A stretch of 64,000 nucleotides of DNA from Octopus vulgaris (lineage: Eukaryota). Within the stretch, counting starts at the first letter, position 1. Each line of letters starts with the position of its first letter. Below the pieces are notes generated by a model. The model was not told where the DNA came from, did not search any database, and was given only the letters and a program-made list of their open reading frames with translations. A program made the translations under genes and the position numbers. Positions 1 to 13,569 of the stretch are shown in pieces. The stretch covers positions 160,146,001 through 160,210,000 of the forward strand of contig OX597814.1 of assembly GCA_951406725.2 (NCBI GenBank). The letters are read 5' to 3'.

Positions 1-519
1 CATTGATCTTGAGCTGCTATGATAAACCACTCTGTTTCAGATTTTAAGCCAGAGGCCATTAGCCATTGATGGGTCAGGGCTTTGTCAACATCTGCATTAT
101 TTGCTCTCTTTGGGTATTTGCCATAGAGAGGTTTTTCTTGCCATTTATCATTCAGAATATCTAAGGCCGCAGATTTAGCACTGGTTTTCATGCGCTTAGC
201 TTTTTCTGTGCCTGTTTCTTGTATGTCTATCTCTAATTCCGAAATTTGTTGTATTCGGAATTCACTTAGATATTCCTTTGCCTGTTTTGTTACTGAGTAT
301 GATGCTTTCTTGTTTTCATGTTTTGAGACAAGTTTTAACATCCAGTCCTCAGAGTTTTTCAGGTAGGTGTCTAGGCCAATTGTAGCAATCTTCATTGTTA
401 TTGCCAGTTGTAAAAGTCCACGGCCTCCCTCTTTTCTTGGCAGATAAAGTCGTTCTGTATCTGCCTTAGGGTGGTGCATTCTATGCATTGTCAACAGTTT
501 TCGTATTTTCGTATTTTTT
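1..519 (-). mobile_element. R4/Dong-clade non-LTR retrotransposon fragment (region C-terminal to RT), runs off window edge
   Basis: Minus strand translates as RKLLTMHRMHHPKADTERLYLPRKEGGRGLLQL...WQEKPLYGKY...THQWLMASGLKSETEWFIIAAQDQ, typical of R4/Dong RLE-LINEs; truncated 5' end abuts a (TAA)n tract. Confidence 0.85.
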
Positions 520-520
520 C

Positions 521-521
<1 letters not shown>

Positions 522-605
<84 letters not shown>
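522..605. repeat. (TTA)n microsatellite
   Basis: Direct read. Confidence 0.98.
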
Positions 606-610
<5 letters not shown>

Positions 611-687
611 CCACTGCTTGGAATCGAACTCGGAATCTTGGGGTTAGTAGCCCGCGCTCTTAACCACTATGCCGTATGCCCTGGGCA
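606..687 (-). mobile_element. tRNA-derived head followed by (AAT)n (SINE-like cassette)
   Basis: Reverse complement has an A-box-like GGCATAGTGG and B-box GAGTTCGATTCC; similar copy at 5906-5981 (+). Confidence 0.7.
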
Positions 688-776
688 TATGGCAAGAGTG
701 CGTATAACCACGGCTGGAAGACCTTTCTGCAATGTTTGTACGCCCATTGTCAACACAATGGGGTTAATGTATTTCA

Positions 777-798
777 CACCACCACCACCACCACCACC

Positions 799-849
<51 letters not shown>

Positions 850-860
850 GCAACAACAGC
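777..860. repeat. (CCA)n(CAA)n compound microsatellite
   Basis: Direct read. Confidence 0.95.
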
Positions 861-1689
861 ACTAATCGTCAAGCCTATGAATTTTGCTCTTGTGTAAAAT
901 ATATATGTTTCTTTTATAGTCTCGTGATTGCTAGCTTCTCCCACATTTTCCAGTTCGTCGTGATCGATATTTCGACGAGTCTTAAGTCAGTATAAGTTAT
1001 TCTTCACTTCCTTTAAAACTCACTGTGTTACAAGCTATGATACAGCTCGTTAAAGACAAACGGACACGCCCCGTTTAATTTCCGCTTTTATGCAAAACTT
1101 GAGATATTGCTCATGCACCAGATACAAGATGAAGGTCAGAGACATATTGCACAAGGAAAATATTTCTATAAAGTCAGTGATTCAGTAAAATATTTGACTT
1201 TTTATTCGCCACAAGAAGAAAAATGTAATGGCGACTGTTGTGCGTATGTCTGCGAAGAGACCCCTCAATCCATCCGTTCTTTTACATATACATATTTTCA
1301 TTGCATACACACATACATACTTCTGTGTGTGTGTGTATGTGTGTGTGTGTGTGTGTGTGTGCATATGTGTGTGCGTGTGTGTGCATGTGTGTGTGAGCGT
1401 GAGTACATTTATGCATGTATACGTACAGGTACAATGGATTAAATTCCTCATGAGAACAGTTATGTGCCAGTGATTAAGCCAGACAACAGAATACACTACT
1501 AGGGAACCATGTAACCTTATTAAAGTTATGTCTACATATTTTCTATAGAAATTAGAACCAGTGCCTGTTTGTTACCTGTAGCAAATCAGTACTGGCTCTA
1601 ATTTCAATCGAAAATCTGTAGAGACAACTTTAAAGTTAGTTAATAGACTGCTTACACAGGTGAGGCATAATATTGACTTATAAGACAAA

Positions 1690-2070
1690 AGGCGGCGAGC
1701 TGGCAGAAACGTTAGCACACCGGGCGAAATACGTAGCCGTATTTCGTCTGCCGTTACGTTCTGAGTTCAAATTACGCCGAGGTCGACCTTGGCTTTCATC
1801 CGTTCGGGGTCGATTAAATAAGTACCAGTTACGCACTAGGGTCGATATAATCGACTTAATCCGTTTGCTTGTCCTTGTTTGTCCTCTCAGTGTTTAACCC
1901 CTAGTGGGTAGTAAAGAAATAGGTATTTCGTCTGCCGTTACGTTCTGAGTTCAAATTCAGCCGAGGTCGACTTTGCCTTTCATCCTTTCGGGGTCGATAA
2001 ATTAAGTACCAGTTACGCACTGGGGTCGATATAATCGACTTAATCTGTTTGTCTGTCCTTGTCTGTCCAT
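1690..2070 (+). mobile_element. SINE (family A) with internal tandem duplication
   Basis: GGCGGCGAGCTGGCAGAA head, GAGTTCAAAT B-box and GTCGACTTTGCCTTTCATCCTTTCGGGGTCGATAAATTAAGTACC core; segment ~1739-1885 repeated at ~1924-2068. Confidence 0.8.
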
Positions 2071-2099
2071 CGGCTGAAAAACGTAAATGGTAAAAGATA

Positions 2100-2234
2100 A
2101 CACACTCACACACTCACACGGACACACACACACACACGCAAGCCCGCATGGTCGCACAGACAGAGAGACAGTCAGCAGACAAAGAGTCAGTCAGACAAAC
2201 AGTCAGACAGACAGACAGATATACAGACAAGCAA

Positions 2235-2315
<81 letters not shown>

Positions 2316-2351
2316 CAGACAAATAGATAGATATATAGATATATACATACA

Positions 2352-2385
<34 letters not shown>

Positions 2386-2412
2386 AATGCATGCATACAT
2401 ACATACATACAT

Positions 2413-2443
<31 letters not shown>

Positions 2444-2458
2444 TACATACATACATAC
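2100..2458. repeat. Compound (CA)/(GACA)/(GATA)/(CATA) microsatellite
   Basis: Direct read. Confidence 0.95.
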
Positions 2459-2833
2459 TGAAGCAATATGAAGCCTCCCTGGAGCGAAACCTGAAGATGT
2501 ATTATGCCATCCTTCATAGATTTAGCGGATCAACATAATAGTTGGAGAAACCTCTGCATTAAGAGCGCCAAATTCCTCGAGCTATCTCATACTGGGGTGT
2601 TTGCATAGAAAAAGGAGGAGGAAGAAGAATGCACGAGAAACCCATATTGATTACATTGCCCCATAAATCTTGATTTATGTTCAATTTTGTTTTCAAAATT
2701 CGTTCTATTTTCTTCTTATTTTGGCTACTACTGCTTTACTTGTGCTACAACTTCTATCATCGTGCCAGCCGCATATACGTATATATGTGAATGTGTGCGC
2801 GTATATTTACATACCCTTTATATGTACATGCAT

Positions 2834-2890
<57 letters not shown>

Positions 2891-2891
<1 letters not shown>

Positions 2892-3103
2892 CGGGAAGCT
2901 TTATGAAAATAAACAAAAGACGAAGGCAAGTGGAATACAAACAAACAATTGTATTAGTATGGCGCTCAGGAAATATAAATAAAACAAGTATTTACGTTTC
3001 GAGCCTACGCTCTTTAACAGAAAGATACACAGAAAAGAAACACGGAAAGAAACAAGGAGAGAAAAAAAAATCCGTGCAGAAGCCTGCGAATCAACATGGC
3101 GAT
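2891..3103 (-). mobile_element. Short non-autonomous repeat next to (TA)n, Penelope-terminal-repeat-like (family P1)
   Basis: Near-identical inverted copy at 9346-9556; carries GAGC-GTAG-GCTC-GAAACGTA HHR-like half; related pieces at ~18640-18745, 19060-19258, 48800-48918, 53655-53865. Confidence 0.65.
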
Positions 3104-3289
3104 ATAGACGTATATGTGAATGTGTACGCGTTTTTAAAAATTATATTTCCTTTTTCTTTGCTGTTGGGTCACTTTGTATTCAAAGGTTTCCAAATTGAAC
3201 TGTACTGAAAGTCGCTATTCGCTGGTTATTTTCAAATGACACACCAAGGTTGTATTAACTGCTGGTAGGGTCATCGTATTTCCTCACGC

Positions 3290-3460
3290 AACCAAAATAT
3301 TATACTAAGTATATTAAAAGCTTATAAGTTAATATTCTTTTCTACTCTAGGTAGAAGGCCCGAAATCTTTGGGGAGGAGGCAGTCGATTAGATTGACCCA
3401 GTACACAACTGGTACTTAATTTATCTACCTCGAAAGGATGAAAAGCAAAGGTTAGAGACC
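3290..3460 (-). mobile_element. Degenerate SINE family A fragment
   Basis: Reverse complement of the CTTTCATCCTTTCG...ATAAATTAAGTACCAGT core. Confidence 0.6.
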
Positions 3461-3469
3461 GGTGCAGTG

Positions 3470-3850
3470 AAATAGAAATTGACAAAAAGTGGAACCTCAA
3501 GACTAAAACAATACCTGTTGCCATAGGCGCCTTAGGAATGATAGCAAAAGGGGTTGATTGCTACCTAGCTCAGATACCAGGAAATCCAAAAATGGCAAAA
3601 ATTCATAAGAGTGCTCATAGGAACTGCTCATATCCTACGGAAAATACTGTCTATGTAATCTCAAATTTTAAAACAATCTTATAATTTTCTTATGTTTTCT
3701 TAAGCATTCTCTAGAACAATACTTTGTGCGAAACCAAATATATAGGCACCTTAATGATAACATCAACCTGAACATCTAACCTGTTGTGTTTCGAGGTCTC
3801 TGGGTGAGACTTGGAGCCAACTTGTACAAATACAAAACAAACGACAAACT
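3470..3850 (+). mobile_element. R4/Dong-type LINE 3' end (end of RLE domain + 3' UTR)
   Basis: Translates WNLKTKTIPVAIGALGMIAKGVDCYLAQIPGNPKM, homologous to the ORF end at 23670-24037; followed by (TAA)n. Confidence 0.75.
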
Positions 3851-3851
3851 T

Positions 3852-3854
<3 letters not shown>

Positions 3855-3894
<40 letters not shown>

Positions 3895-3899
3895 GACTG

Positions 3900-3930
<31 letters not shown>

Positions 3931-4008
3931 ATGATAATAATAATGACGATGATGATGATAATAATAATGATAATGATGATGATGATGATCATCATCATCA
4001 TCACCATC

Positions 4009-4070
<62 letters not shown>
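3855..4070. repeat. (TAA)/(TGA)/(CAT) trinucleotide microsatellite
   Basis: Direct read. Confidence 0.95.
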
Positions 4071-4699
4071 CCTGCAGACAAACGCTCGCTTTAGTTTCGG
4101 CAAATGTACCTCTTCGGTACAGTCTTATTTTTAAAGGAAAAAATGCTTTGTCGTTGTATTGTTCACAAAGATAAAGTAGAATTAAACGAAATTGTCTATG
4201 GTTCAAAAAAATATCAGAATTAAATGCAGTTTAAAATAGCGTGTGGAACAGAAAAATACCTAATTCTTAGACTAGGCGGGGAGCAGTTTATCAGAAATTC
4301 AAATATCGGTTTATATATTCGACCTAATTTCGAGAACAATAGGATTTTAACTTTAATGTCAATGTGTTTACATTCTATTCCTGTCGATATCATGGTATCT
4401 TCATTTTCAGAGGTTTTGGACCGAACCACATGCAGTTGTGCCCATACACAAAGGGGATTGACCTGAAAAAAGGCAAACAGACGAGATCTGATTTCTATCA
4501 CAAGGAATAAGTATTTGAATTTCTAATGAACTGACTCCTGCCTAGGCAAAGAAATAATTATCTTGAACTTCTACACGCTATTTTAGGCTGCACATGACTC
4601 ACTTGTTGAGCCAAACAAATCCGTTTTATTGATTTAATTTTTTTACTTTTTGACCTATATAGCTTATTGTATATTTTTCTTTCAAATGTAAAACTGAGT

Positions 4700-4735
<36 letters not shown>

Positions 4736-4971
4736 GTGTGTATGTGTGTGTGTGTGTATGTGTGTGTGTATGCGTTCTTGTGTGTATGTATGTGTGATGA
4801 GAATGGAATATAATGAAGAATTTCAGCTAAAATACACCATGCTAAACTAAATACGGCATAGACGGGATTCCGAACCAATTCTAAAATTCAAAGACATATA
4901 TGATCAATTCAAATATTTGCATAATAGAATGGTACAAGGAAAGAAATAGATCTAATAGACCTAATGACCTA

Positions 4972-5983
4972 ATGAAATACTTTGAGAAATTGGCTTTCGG
5001 ATCAACACCACTGAAACCAACCTTATGGCTGCGATATGTTGATGACACCTTTATACTCTGGTCCTACCAGGAAGATAAATCTAGCCATACAGTTCACAAT
5101 GGAAAAGGACGTACTAATAACACGCATTCCTGGACGTATTAATAACACGCACCAAGTATAGATTCAGGACATCTGTATACCGCAAGCCGACTTTCGCTGG
5201 ACGATACCTCAACTTCAAGTCCCACCATCCATACTGTGTAAAGAGAGAGATTGGTCAGTGCCTAAAACATCGAGCAAAGAATATAAGTAGCGATCGTGAT
5301 ACACACCACGAAGAAATGATCAAGCTCAATAACGATCTGTTAAGCAACAACTATCCCAAAAACAGACTATCCACTCCAATTATGAAGAAAAGAGGGGATG
5401 AAACCAATAAACTGTCCACAGTCTGCCTACACTATGTGAAAGGCCTCTCCGAAAAGATACAAAAGATATGCGACCCATATGACATCAGGACAGTATTCAA
5501 GAGTAATATAACACTTCGCAAATATCTCCTTCGAGTAAAACCACCAATAAAAGTGAATATGACCAAAGTCTACGTGTACTCCATCCTATGCAGCTGTGGT
5601 AGGTAATATAATGGCGAAACATGCCCCCCCCCCAAGTAAGGGTAGACGAACATCGCAAAGCTGTGACACGAGGAGATATTAATAAATCGGGTATAGCTGA
5701 TCATGTATGGGAAAATGGAGACGACCTCCTCCTGTAGGATGAAGTTAAAATAATAGACAGAGAACACTACTGGAAAATACGAAAACTAAAAGTAGCTGCA
5801 CATATGCTAGGACACAGCAACCTCCTAAGCAGACCAAATGCAGATATGAATAGCATATGGGAACCGATATTAAGGAAGGATAGGAAAATAGATTTACTTC
5901 ATAATTGCCTACGGGCATATGGCGTAGTGGTTAAGAGCGCGGGCTACTAACCCCAAAATTCAATTCCAGGCAGTGACCTGAAA

Positions 5984-6041
<58 letters not shown>

Positions 6042-6203
6042 TCGAAAAATACCTTAGGAATGAGAACCCAGGTTCGAAATTTCCCCAAGACACCTGATGA
6101 AGGCTGGAGGGTATATCAACCGAAACATTGTGTTAACAGGATAACAACTATTCGTCAAATGTAAATAATGTACATAATTTCTCATCTCTTAGATACAGAA
6201 CTG
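4972..6203 (+). mobile_element. Penelope-like element, 5'-truncated and degenerate: RT C-half + GIY-YIG endonuclease, then 3' region with tRNA-like cassette, (AAT)n and HHR-like motif
   Basis: WLRYVDDTFILW, FLDVLI, SVYRKPTFAGRYLNFKSHHP, NNYPK, VYSILCSCGR*YNGET, EHRKAV..KSGIADHVWE are Penelope RT/GIY-YIG motifs with frameshifts and stops; CTGATGAAGG...CCGAAAC at 6094-6126. Confidence 0.85.
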
Positions 6204-6304
6204 TATTCAGTATAGTATTTGAATCACTTGATTAACCAGAGTTTTTACGCCTTTGATTGAGTTCATAACACGTAATTGTTTTTAACTTACTGAAGAAGGA
6301 AAAT

Positions 6305-6482
6305 TGTGTGTGTGTGTTTGTATATCTGAGTTTGTCTCCTCCCCAACAACGCTTGACAGCTGATGCTGTGCGTTTACGTCCCCGTAACTTAGCGGTTCGG
6401 TAAAAGACCGAGAAAATAAGTACTAGGCTTACAAAAAATATGTCCTGGGGTCATATGGCTGAAACAAGTAAAAGAATAAAAG
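6305..6482 (+). mobile_element. SINE family C 3' fragment
   Basis: CGCTTGACA..GATGCTG..GTTTACGTCCCCGTAACTTAGCGGTTCGG and GAAACAAGTAAAAGA tail, as in 31813-32220. Confidence 0.75.
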
Positions 6483-6808
6483 TACAGAGTGAAAGTATAT
6501 CAATGAACAGCAAAAGTTAAAATCTCAACTTGTTCGAATGTAAGATTCTTACATACTCTTCAAAATCTTCGCAAACGGAAACATTTACAAACAATGCAGA
6601 AAAAATATACAATTTTGCAGAGGAGACAACAACGACAATAGTATTTTCATCCCCAACATCACAAGCTCTTACAGGATTCATTTAAAAGTATGCAGTTTCT
6701 ACATAGATACATAAAATAATTTTTGTAGACACCACCCAAAATACATAAAAATTCTAACTATACAACATTAGCAGTATTGAAAACAAATTCAAGAACAATT
6801 CTTAAAGC

Positions 6809-6860
<52 letters not shown>

Positions 6861-7053
6861 GATAAATCTCAGAGCGAGTTATAAACAGTAGCGGTAACAC
6901 ATCGTGATGCATATATGCCATTTGAATATGGCTAACCCATAAGGGTGGATGCTACTGTAGTTTGTAGCCCCAGGAAGATATCTCCTCCAGCTGGCTATAG
7001 ATACACTATCTGTGTCCTGTCAGTATTTGTGAAGGGGAGTCATCCTCCCCGTC

Positions 7054-7766
<713 letters not shown>

Positions 7767-7778
7767 TATATATATATA

Positions 7779-8291
7779 CTAGCAGTATCGCCCGGCGTTG
7801 CTCGGGTTTGTAAGGGAAATAACTATATAAGCATTTTTAGAGAGTTACTTCCCTTATAGATGCCAATTTGAGCTTTCTTAGCCATTTCTGTTTTGGTGTC
7901 TTCAAGCCATGAAGTCGTTGTTCTAAAAGAACGCTGGTCTCCTTGACAACGTTTTACGACGTTGATTTCCTTACACTCCCTTCCCCACAGCTTCACGAGG
8001 GAGGGAAGAAGGGGGAGAAGCAAAGAGGTGCAGGTGTGACCATGGACGCCAACTCCGCCGCCATCGACACACGAAAAATTATGCATTAAAATGGAATAAA
8101 AAATGACGTTAAATTATTTTTAAAATCGTAGACTCATCGTTGAGGCGCGCTAATACTCAGACGGGCTCGATATGAATCACGACTATAAGATACCTGAATT
8201 TGGTTAAACTGCACCGCAAAATGTGGGAGTAGTTAGGAATCTAAATCGAAGGGGACAGACACTCACACAACTACAGTTTTATATATATCGA
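7779..8291 (-). mobile_element. Non-autonomous Helitron
   Basis: Minus-strand 3' end CCCGAGCAACGCCGGG hairpin + 8 nt + CTAG, followed by T; TC-type 5' end; second copy at 35891-36285. Confidence 0.75.
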
Positions 8292-8529
8292 TATGATATT
8301 CGTTTGCTTGTTTCAGTTATTTGACCGTGACCATGTTGGAGCAACGCCTTGGTATATTTACCATTTATCTTTTTATATTTTACTTGTCTCAGTCATTAGA
8401 TTGCGGTCATGCTGGGGCACTGTCGTGAAGAATTTTAGTCAAACCAATCGATCCCTGTACTTATATTTTTTAAAGCCTAGTACTTATTCTATCGATCTTT
8501 TTGGTCGAACCGCTTGATTACATCGACGT

Positions 8530-8598
<69 letters not shown>

Positions 8599-8904
8599 AA
8601 GAAGCATTGGTTATAGAACAAAAATTAGATTTGGGTCAACGACTTTACATACAACACCACCCCTCAAACATTTAATCATATATAAAAACACAATGGTCTA
8701 CAAACACATAAAAAATTATACATATACATAAAATCACAGAATGTAAATATATATATATTCTAATAAAATACAAATAGAACGGCTTATCAAAAGTTAAATA
8801 TAACGACTAAAAATTTCAAAACTATCAAAAGGCCTAATGGAAAAATATAAAATAAATATATAAGTGTCCATCGACTAAAATTATTTTATCTTTTTTTTTT
8901 TGCG

Positions 8905-9143
8905 CCTTTTTAAAGCCTAACCAGGCTCATGGGTCCAGTTTCCCGGTTTCAATGGCGAATGTGTTACCCAGCTGGACGGAACGCCAGTCCATCGCAGCGT
9001 TACTCATTTTTACCAGCTGAGTGGACCGGAGCAACGTGAAATGAAGCGTTTTGCTCAAAAAAATACAACGCGTCGCCCGGTACAGGAATCGAAACCACAA
9101 TCTTACGATCATGATGCTGACACACTAAGCCACGCGCCTCCAC
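8905..9143 (-). mobile_element. tRNA-derived SINE family B
   Basis: Reverse complement GTGGAGGCGCGTGGCTTAGTG...GTTTCGATTCC...TTTCACGTTGCTCC..CACTCAGCTG, shared with 17874 and 41215 copies. Confidence 0.8.
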
Positions 9144-9307
9144 AAAAAAGATCTTATCAGACGATTAAAATATTTTTTGAAAAAAGTATTTAAAAAATAA
9201 ATATTTAAAAAAATTATTTATCTTTGTCTCATTTACATCTGAGCATTTCTTTTGCAGTCATATAAACCCTTTTGTTTCTATAAAAAGAGACAAATATTAT
9301 TTCTTGT

Positions 9308-9345
<38 letters not shown>

Positions 9346-9348
<3 letters not shown>

Positions 9349-9554
9349 CCATGTTGATTCGCTAGCCTCTGCACGCATTTTTTTCTCTCCTTGTTTCTCT
9401 CCGTGTTTCTTTTCTGTGTATCTTTCTGTTGAAGAGCGTAGGCTCGAAACGTAAAAGACTTGTCTTATTTATATTCCTGAGCGCCATACTAATACAATTG
9501 TTTGTTTGTATTCCACCTGCCTTCGTCTTTTGTATATTTTCATAAAGCTTCCCG

Positions 9555-9556
<2 letters not shown>
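9346..9556 (+). mobile_element. Family P1 Penelope-terminal-like repeat within (TA)n
   Basis: Inverted near-identical copy of 2891-3103; CTTT-CTGTTGA-A-GAGC-GTAG-GCTC-GAAACGTA-AAAG at 9422-9457. Confidence 0.65.
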
Positions 9557-9614
<58 letters not shown>

Positions 9615-9615
<1 letters not shown>

Positions 9616-9770
9616 ACAGGCTTCTTTCAGTTTCAGTCTATCAAATTCACTCACGAGGCTTTCATCGGCCCGAGGCTATAGTAGCAGACACTTGCCGAAG
9701 GTGCCAGACGGTGGGTCTGAACCATATAATTTGGATAGAAACGTCTTACCACACAGCCACGCCTACGCCC
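9615..9770 (-). mobile_element. SINE family C 5' half
   Basis: Reverse complement of GGCGTAGGCGTGGCTGTGTGGTAAG...GAAACTGAAAGAAGCC. Confidence 0.75.
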
Positions 9771-11248
9771 ATATGTATATAAATTCATTCCAAATTATAC
9801 ACCGATTTCGCTAGATGGACCCTTTCCATTATAAAGGTAGTACAAATGATACATAAAACCATTATTGTTATATTTGGGAAGTGTCCTGATTGATAAAGTC
9901 TATAAACACACTCAATGCTTATTATTTGTCTATATTTCACCTCTTTTTCTTTTTCTAATGCAGTTGGTGTTTGCTTATTCCCCCTACCCCACCCAATATT
10001 TTTCACAATATCGATCCGCAGCCTTTTCAATAGGTGTAAATACTTTCTTTTAAATGCTTGATTTTTTAGTTTTCAACGGATTTTGACTGTTGTTATATTT
10101 CTATAGAAAGCATGTCAGCTAATGACCTTTCTGATTATTATCATGCTTTGCCGTTGATATCGTTGTTGTTCTGGTTGTTGTTGTTGTTGTTGTTGTTGTT
10201 AACATCAGAACATGTGTCTGTGTGTATGTGTGTGTGTTTGCTTGTCTGTGTGTGTGATTGAATTGTATGACTTTACTCGTTCTCAGACTAACACTCAATC
10301 ATTTAAAAGAAAAAAAAAAATACACCCATTCAAAAGGTTACAGACCGGTACAGTGAAAAATATTAGCCGTTTTTGGACTAACTAAAAACCAAACATTTAA
10401 AAGAAAAAAACTATACACCCATTGAAAAGGTTATAGGTCGATAAAAGGAAAAATATTTTGATGGGACGTAAACAAAAATAGATTACTTTAGGAAAGGAAC
10501 AAAAAATACAATAAAACCAAACACCTGATGAGTGTGTTTATAGACTTTAGTGGTTGTTACTCTTCTCAAATACCAACAATATTGGTTTTATTATCCGGTT
10601 CCAGATCAAAATTCTTACACACAAATTCAAGATTAAAAAAAAAGAAAATTTACAGAAACTGTCGCCACATGAATGACCTCACTAACCCCTAAGCCCGTTC
10701 TAGTTTGCACACTATCACCAAAAATTGGAAAGAAGCAGCAAGTATCGTACTCCGACCGTATCCATCTTGCCACCCTCGCTGTGGTCACCATCAGAATTTG
10801 TGGGTATACAAGAATGGAAAAAAAGAAAAGTGGAAATGGCGCAATATCTCCTGACTGTCATGCTGCATTCCTTACAACTTAGCCCTGCTTGTCGGGTTGT
10901 TGAATGAAGCCCGCGGACCAGATCGAATCACGAGGAAGTCTCATTGTTCGGTCGACTTTGTTGCGCTCTATCGGACTGTTTGATTAGGATTGACTAGGAG
11001 AGGCACAACTGCAATAACAAGAGCAAAACCCTAAAATTCTACACACCAGATAACTGTCCAGTGTATCCATTTATAAGATAGCCTTGAACTCTCCTATATG
11101 CATATTTGCAATAACAATGGATGGGAAAATGTGTGCATCAATCTGAAAATCTGACAGTCAAAACCAAAACCACCAAGTATGCAGAGCACTTTAGAGGATA
11201 TTAGTTCTTTAGAGAACTAATAATATAATAATATAATAATACAAAAAC

Positions 11249-11465
11249 TATTGGATTGTCCGGAAAGTTCGTGCCGATTTATAGTAGCTTACCTTTCAAC
11301 TTATTTTAGAACATGGTTGAATCCATAAAATAGGATTTGACTACACCTCCATTTAGAGCACGGTTTATGCTATCTTTTCGTGGAAGAAGGTTTATGTTCC
11401 TATAACCTGTGTTAATTTTGTAACCCTTTAAAATGGAAGATAAGAAAGTTCCTTTTCGGCACGTT
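11249..11465 (+). mobile_element. 5' fragment of the same mariner family as 7197-7766
   Basis: TIR TATTGGATTGTCCGGAAAGTTCGTGCCGATTT and leader to ATG (MEDKKVPFRH) match 7197-7400. Confidence 0.88.
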
Positions 11466-11484
11466 TTTTTTTTTAGAAATTATC

Positions 11485-11800
11485 ATCTTTTACTTGTTTC
11501 TGTCATAGGACTGCAGCCATGCTGGAGCACCGTACTGAAGGGTTTAGTCGAACAAATCAACTCAAATACTTATTTGAAAACCGTTATTTATTCCAAAGGT
11601 CACTTTCGCCGAACGTTAAAATCGGAGACGTTGTTAAACTAACACCGGTTGTCAAGCAGTGGTGTAGGATAAACACAAGCACAAAGAAACACCTCACACA
11701 TAGATATAAGACTGGCTTCCACACAATTTCCATTTACCAAATTCACTCGTAAAGCATTGGTCTCTCCTTGGGCTGTTGTAGAAGATACTTATCCAAGATG
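11485..11800 (-). mobile_element. Degenerate SINE family C
   Basis: CTTTTACTTGTTTC..CATGCTGGAGCACCG..CCGGTTGTCAAGC..ACCAAATTCACTC. Confidence 0.7.
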
Positions 11801-13569
11801 TGTTTTAGTATAGTTATTGTCATCGCCACCGTTCAAGTTGTCATCGTCATTGTCATCGCCAATAACAACGATGTTGTATTATTATCGTCCGAACAAAGGG
11901 GAAATGCTGGAAATAGCTTAAATGGATTCTGGTTCTTGTTATATTTTTTGCTTTTAAGAAGTAAACATTGAAATATTTGCACAAACACACACGCACATAC
12001 ACACACACACAGAGGCACACACACAGGCACACACACACACACACACATACACACATGCACACACACAGACACGTGCGCGCGCGCAGGTTTTCAGACATAT
12101 AGTAAACTAGCTTAAAAGCCGCCATGTGGAGAGCTCTTTATTAGGCCTTAGGACCAACAATGACACTTCATGCATTGAGTACATCTTATATTTTATTAAA
12201 CTTCAACAATATTTTTCAAGCAATGAACATTTTGCATCAAAACAATGATATAATTTGTCGACTTGGAACTTATCGCAAAGCTGCATAATAAACAACAGTA
12301 CCGCCACCATCGCCACCACATCTGCCATACACACACCATTCAGACTTCTGACGCCAGCACCATCATTACTTTTGACTTGGCTGTCTTCCCCTCCACCATC
12401 ATCACCACCGCCGCCAATTACAGCTAGTACTATGACTATCACCCCATTACCATCACAAAAAGGCTAAATGTGTGTGTAAAAGAATTCAGTGTTCAGTATG
12501 TTCGTTCAGTATGTTAGTTCAGTATGTTGGTTCAGTGTTCACTCCTTCTTTCTTTCTTTCACATGACCACTCTGTTTTTCTCTCTTACTATCACTTCCAC
12601 TGCCACCATCAACACTACTACTTTTAATAAAACATCCTCAACTCTCCCTCAGATTCTTTTTCTCTTTCTCTCCCGCTCTTCCCCCTCTCTCTGTCTTCGC
12701 CACCGCCCTCACCGTCTCTATGCTTATTATTACTCTCACCCCAGCATGTGCAATAGTGATTGAGGGTGTCAAAGTGTGACACATTGACACACAGAAATAA
12801 GTTTCCACATTTATCATATTCGTAGTCACGTGCCTAAGATGCCTTGCAATCGGATCGAACCTGTTATCTCGTGATTGAGAAGCAAAATTTTTAAACATTC
12901 AGCTATACTGTATCTCTATACACACTAAAACAGTCGAACTTAAACACACACACATATACACATTTTAACACAAACGCACACATACACACACATTCATACA
13001 TACGTACTTTATATTACACGCAAGAATTAGTAAACTACACAGCAAACAATAAAGTATAACAAATAAAAAAAAAAGAAAAAAGAAAGAAAGAAGTTTATAA
13101 AGATTTTTCTGGAGTTCGGCTGGCATTCGATTCCACCAATTATTGTTGTCTGAATTCTGATAAAAGCGTGTCGTGTGTCTCTCAAAAATCATTTGCTCTT
13201 TTATTGAGAAGATTTGAGATAGAGAAGGAAGAAAAAAAAAGGTAAAGAAAAGAAAAAAGTAGATTCTAGCATAACATTGACTTTGTAGGAAAGAATATAT
13301 AAAAAGAATAGAAATAGAATTCGACAGACAGAGAAATACAATTATCACACAATCACCATAGAAATACAATTATCACACTGTTCCCGGTGCTGATTCTGCG
13401 ATACGAATTCAGCATAACAACTACACGACCATCGCTTGTTATGTATCAGTTTTTATTTTTATTTTTTACCCATTTTTATTCCATTAGTTGATTTTTCGTT
13501 GTTGTTGTTGTTGTTTTCTTGTGACGACGAGTGGGAGTATTTATAATACAATGGGATGATAGATACAAT

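Noticed and set aside
606-687. Functional tRNA gene
   Set aside because: Acceptor and T stems pair poorly and it runs into (AAT)n; better explained as a tRNA-derived repeat head
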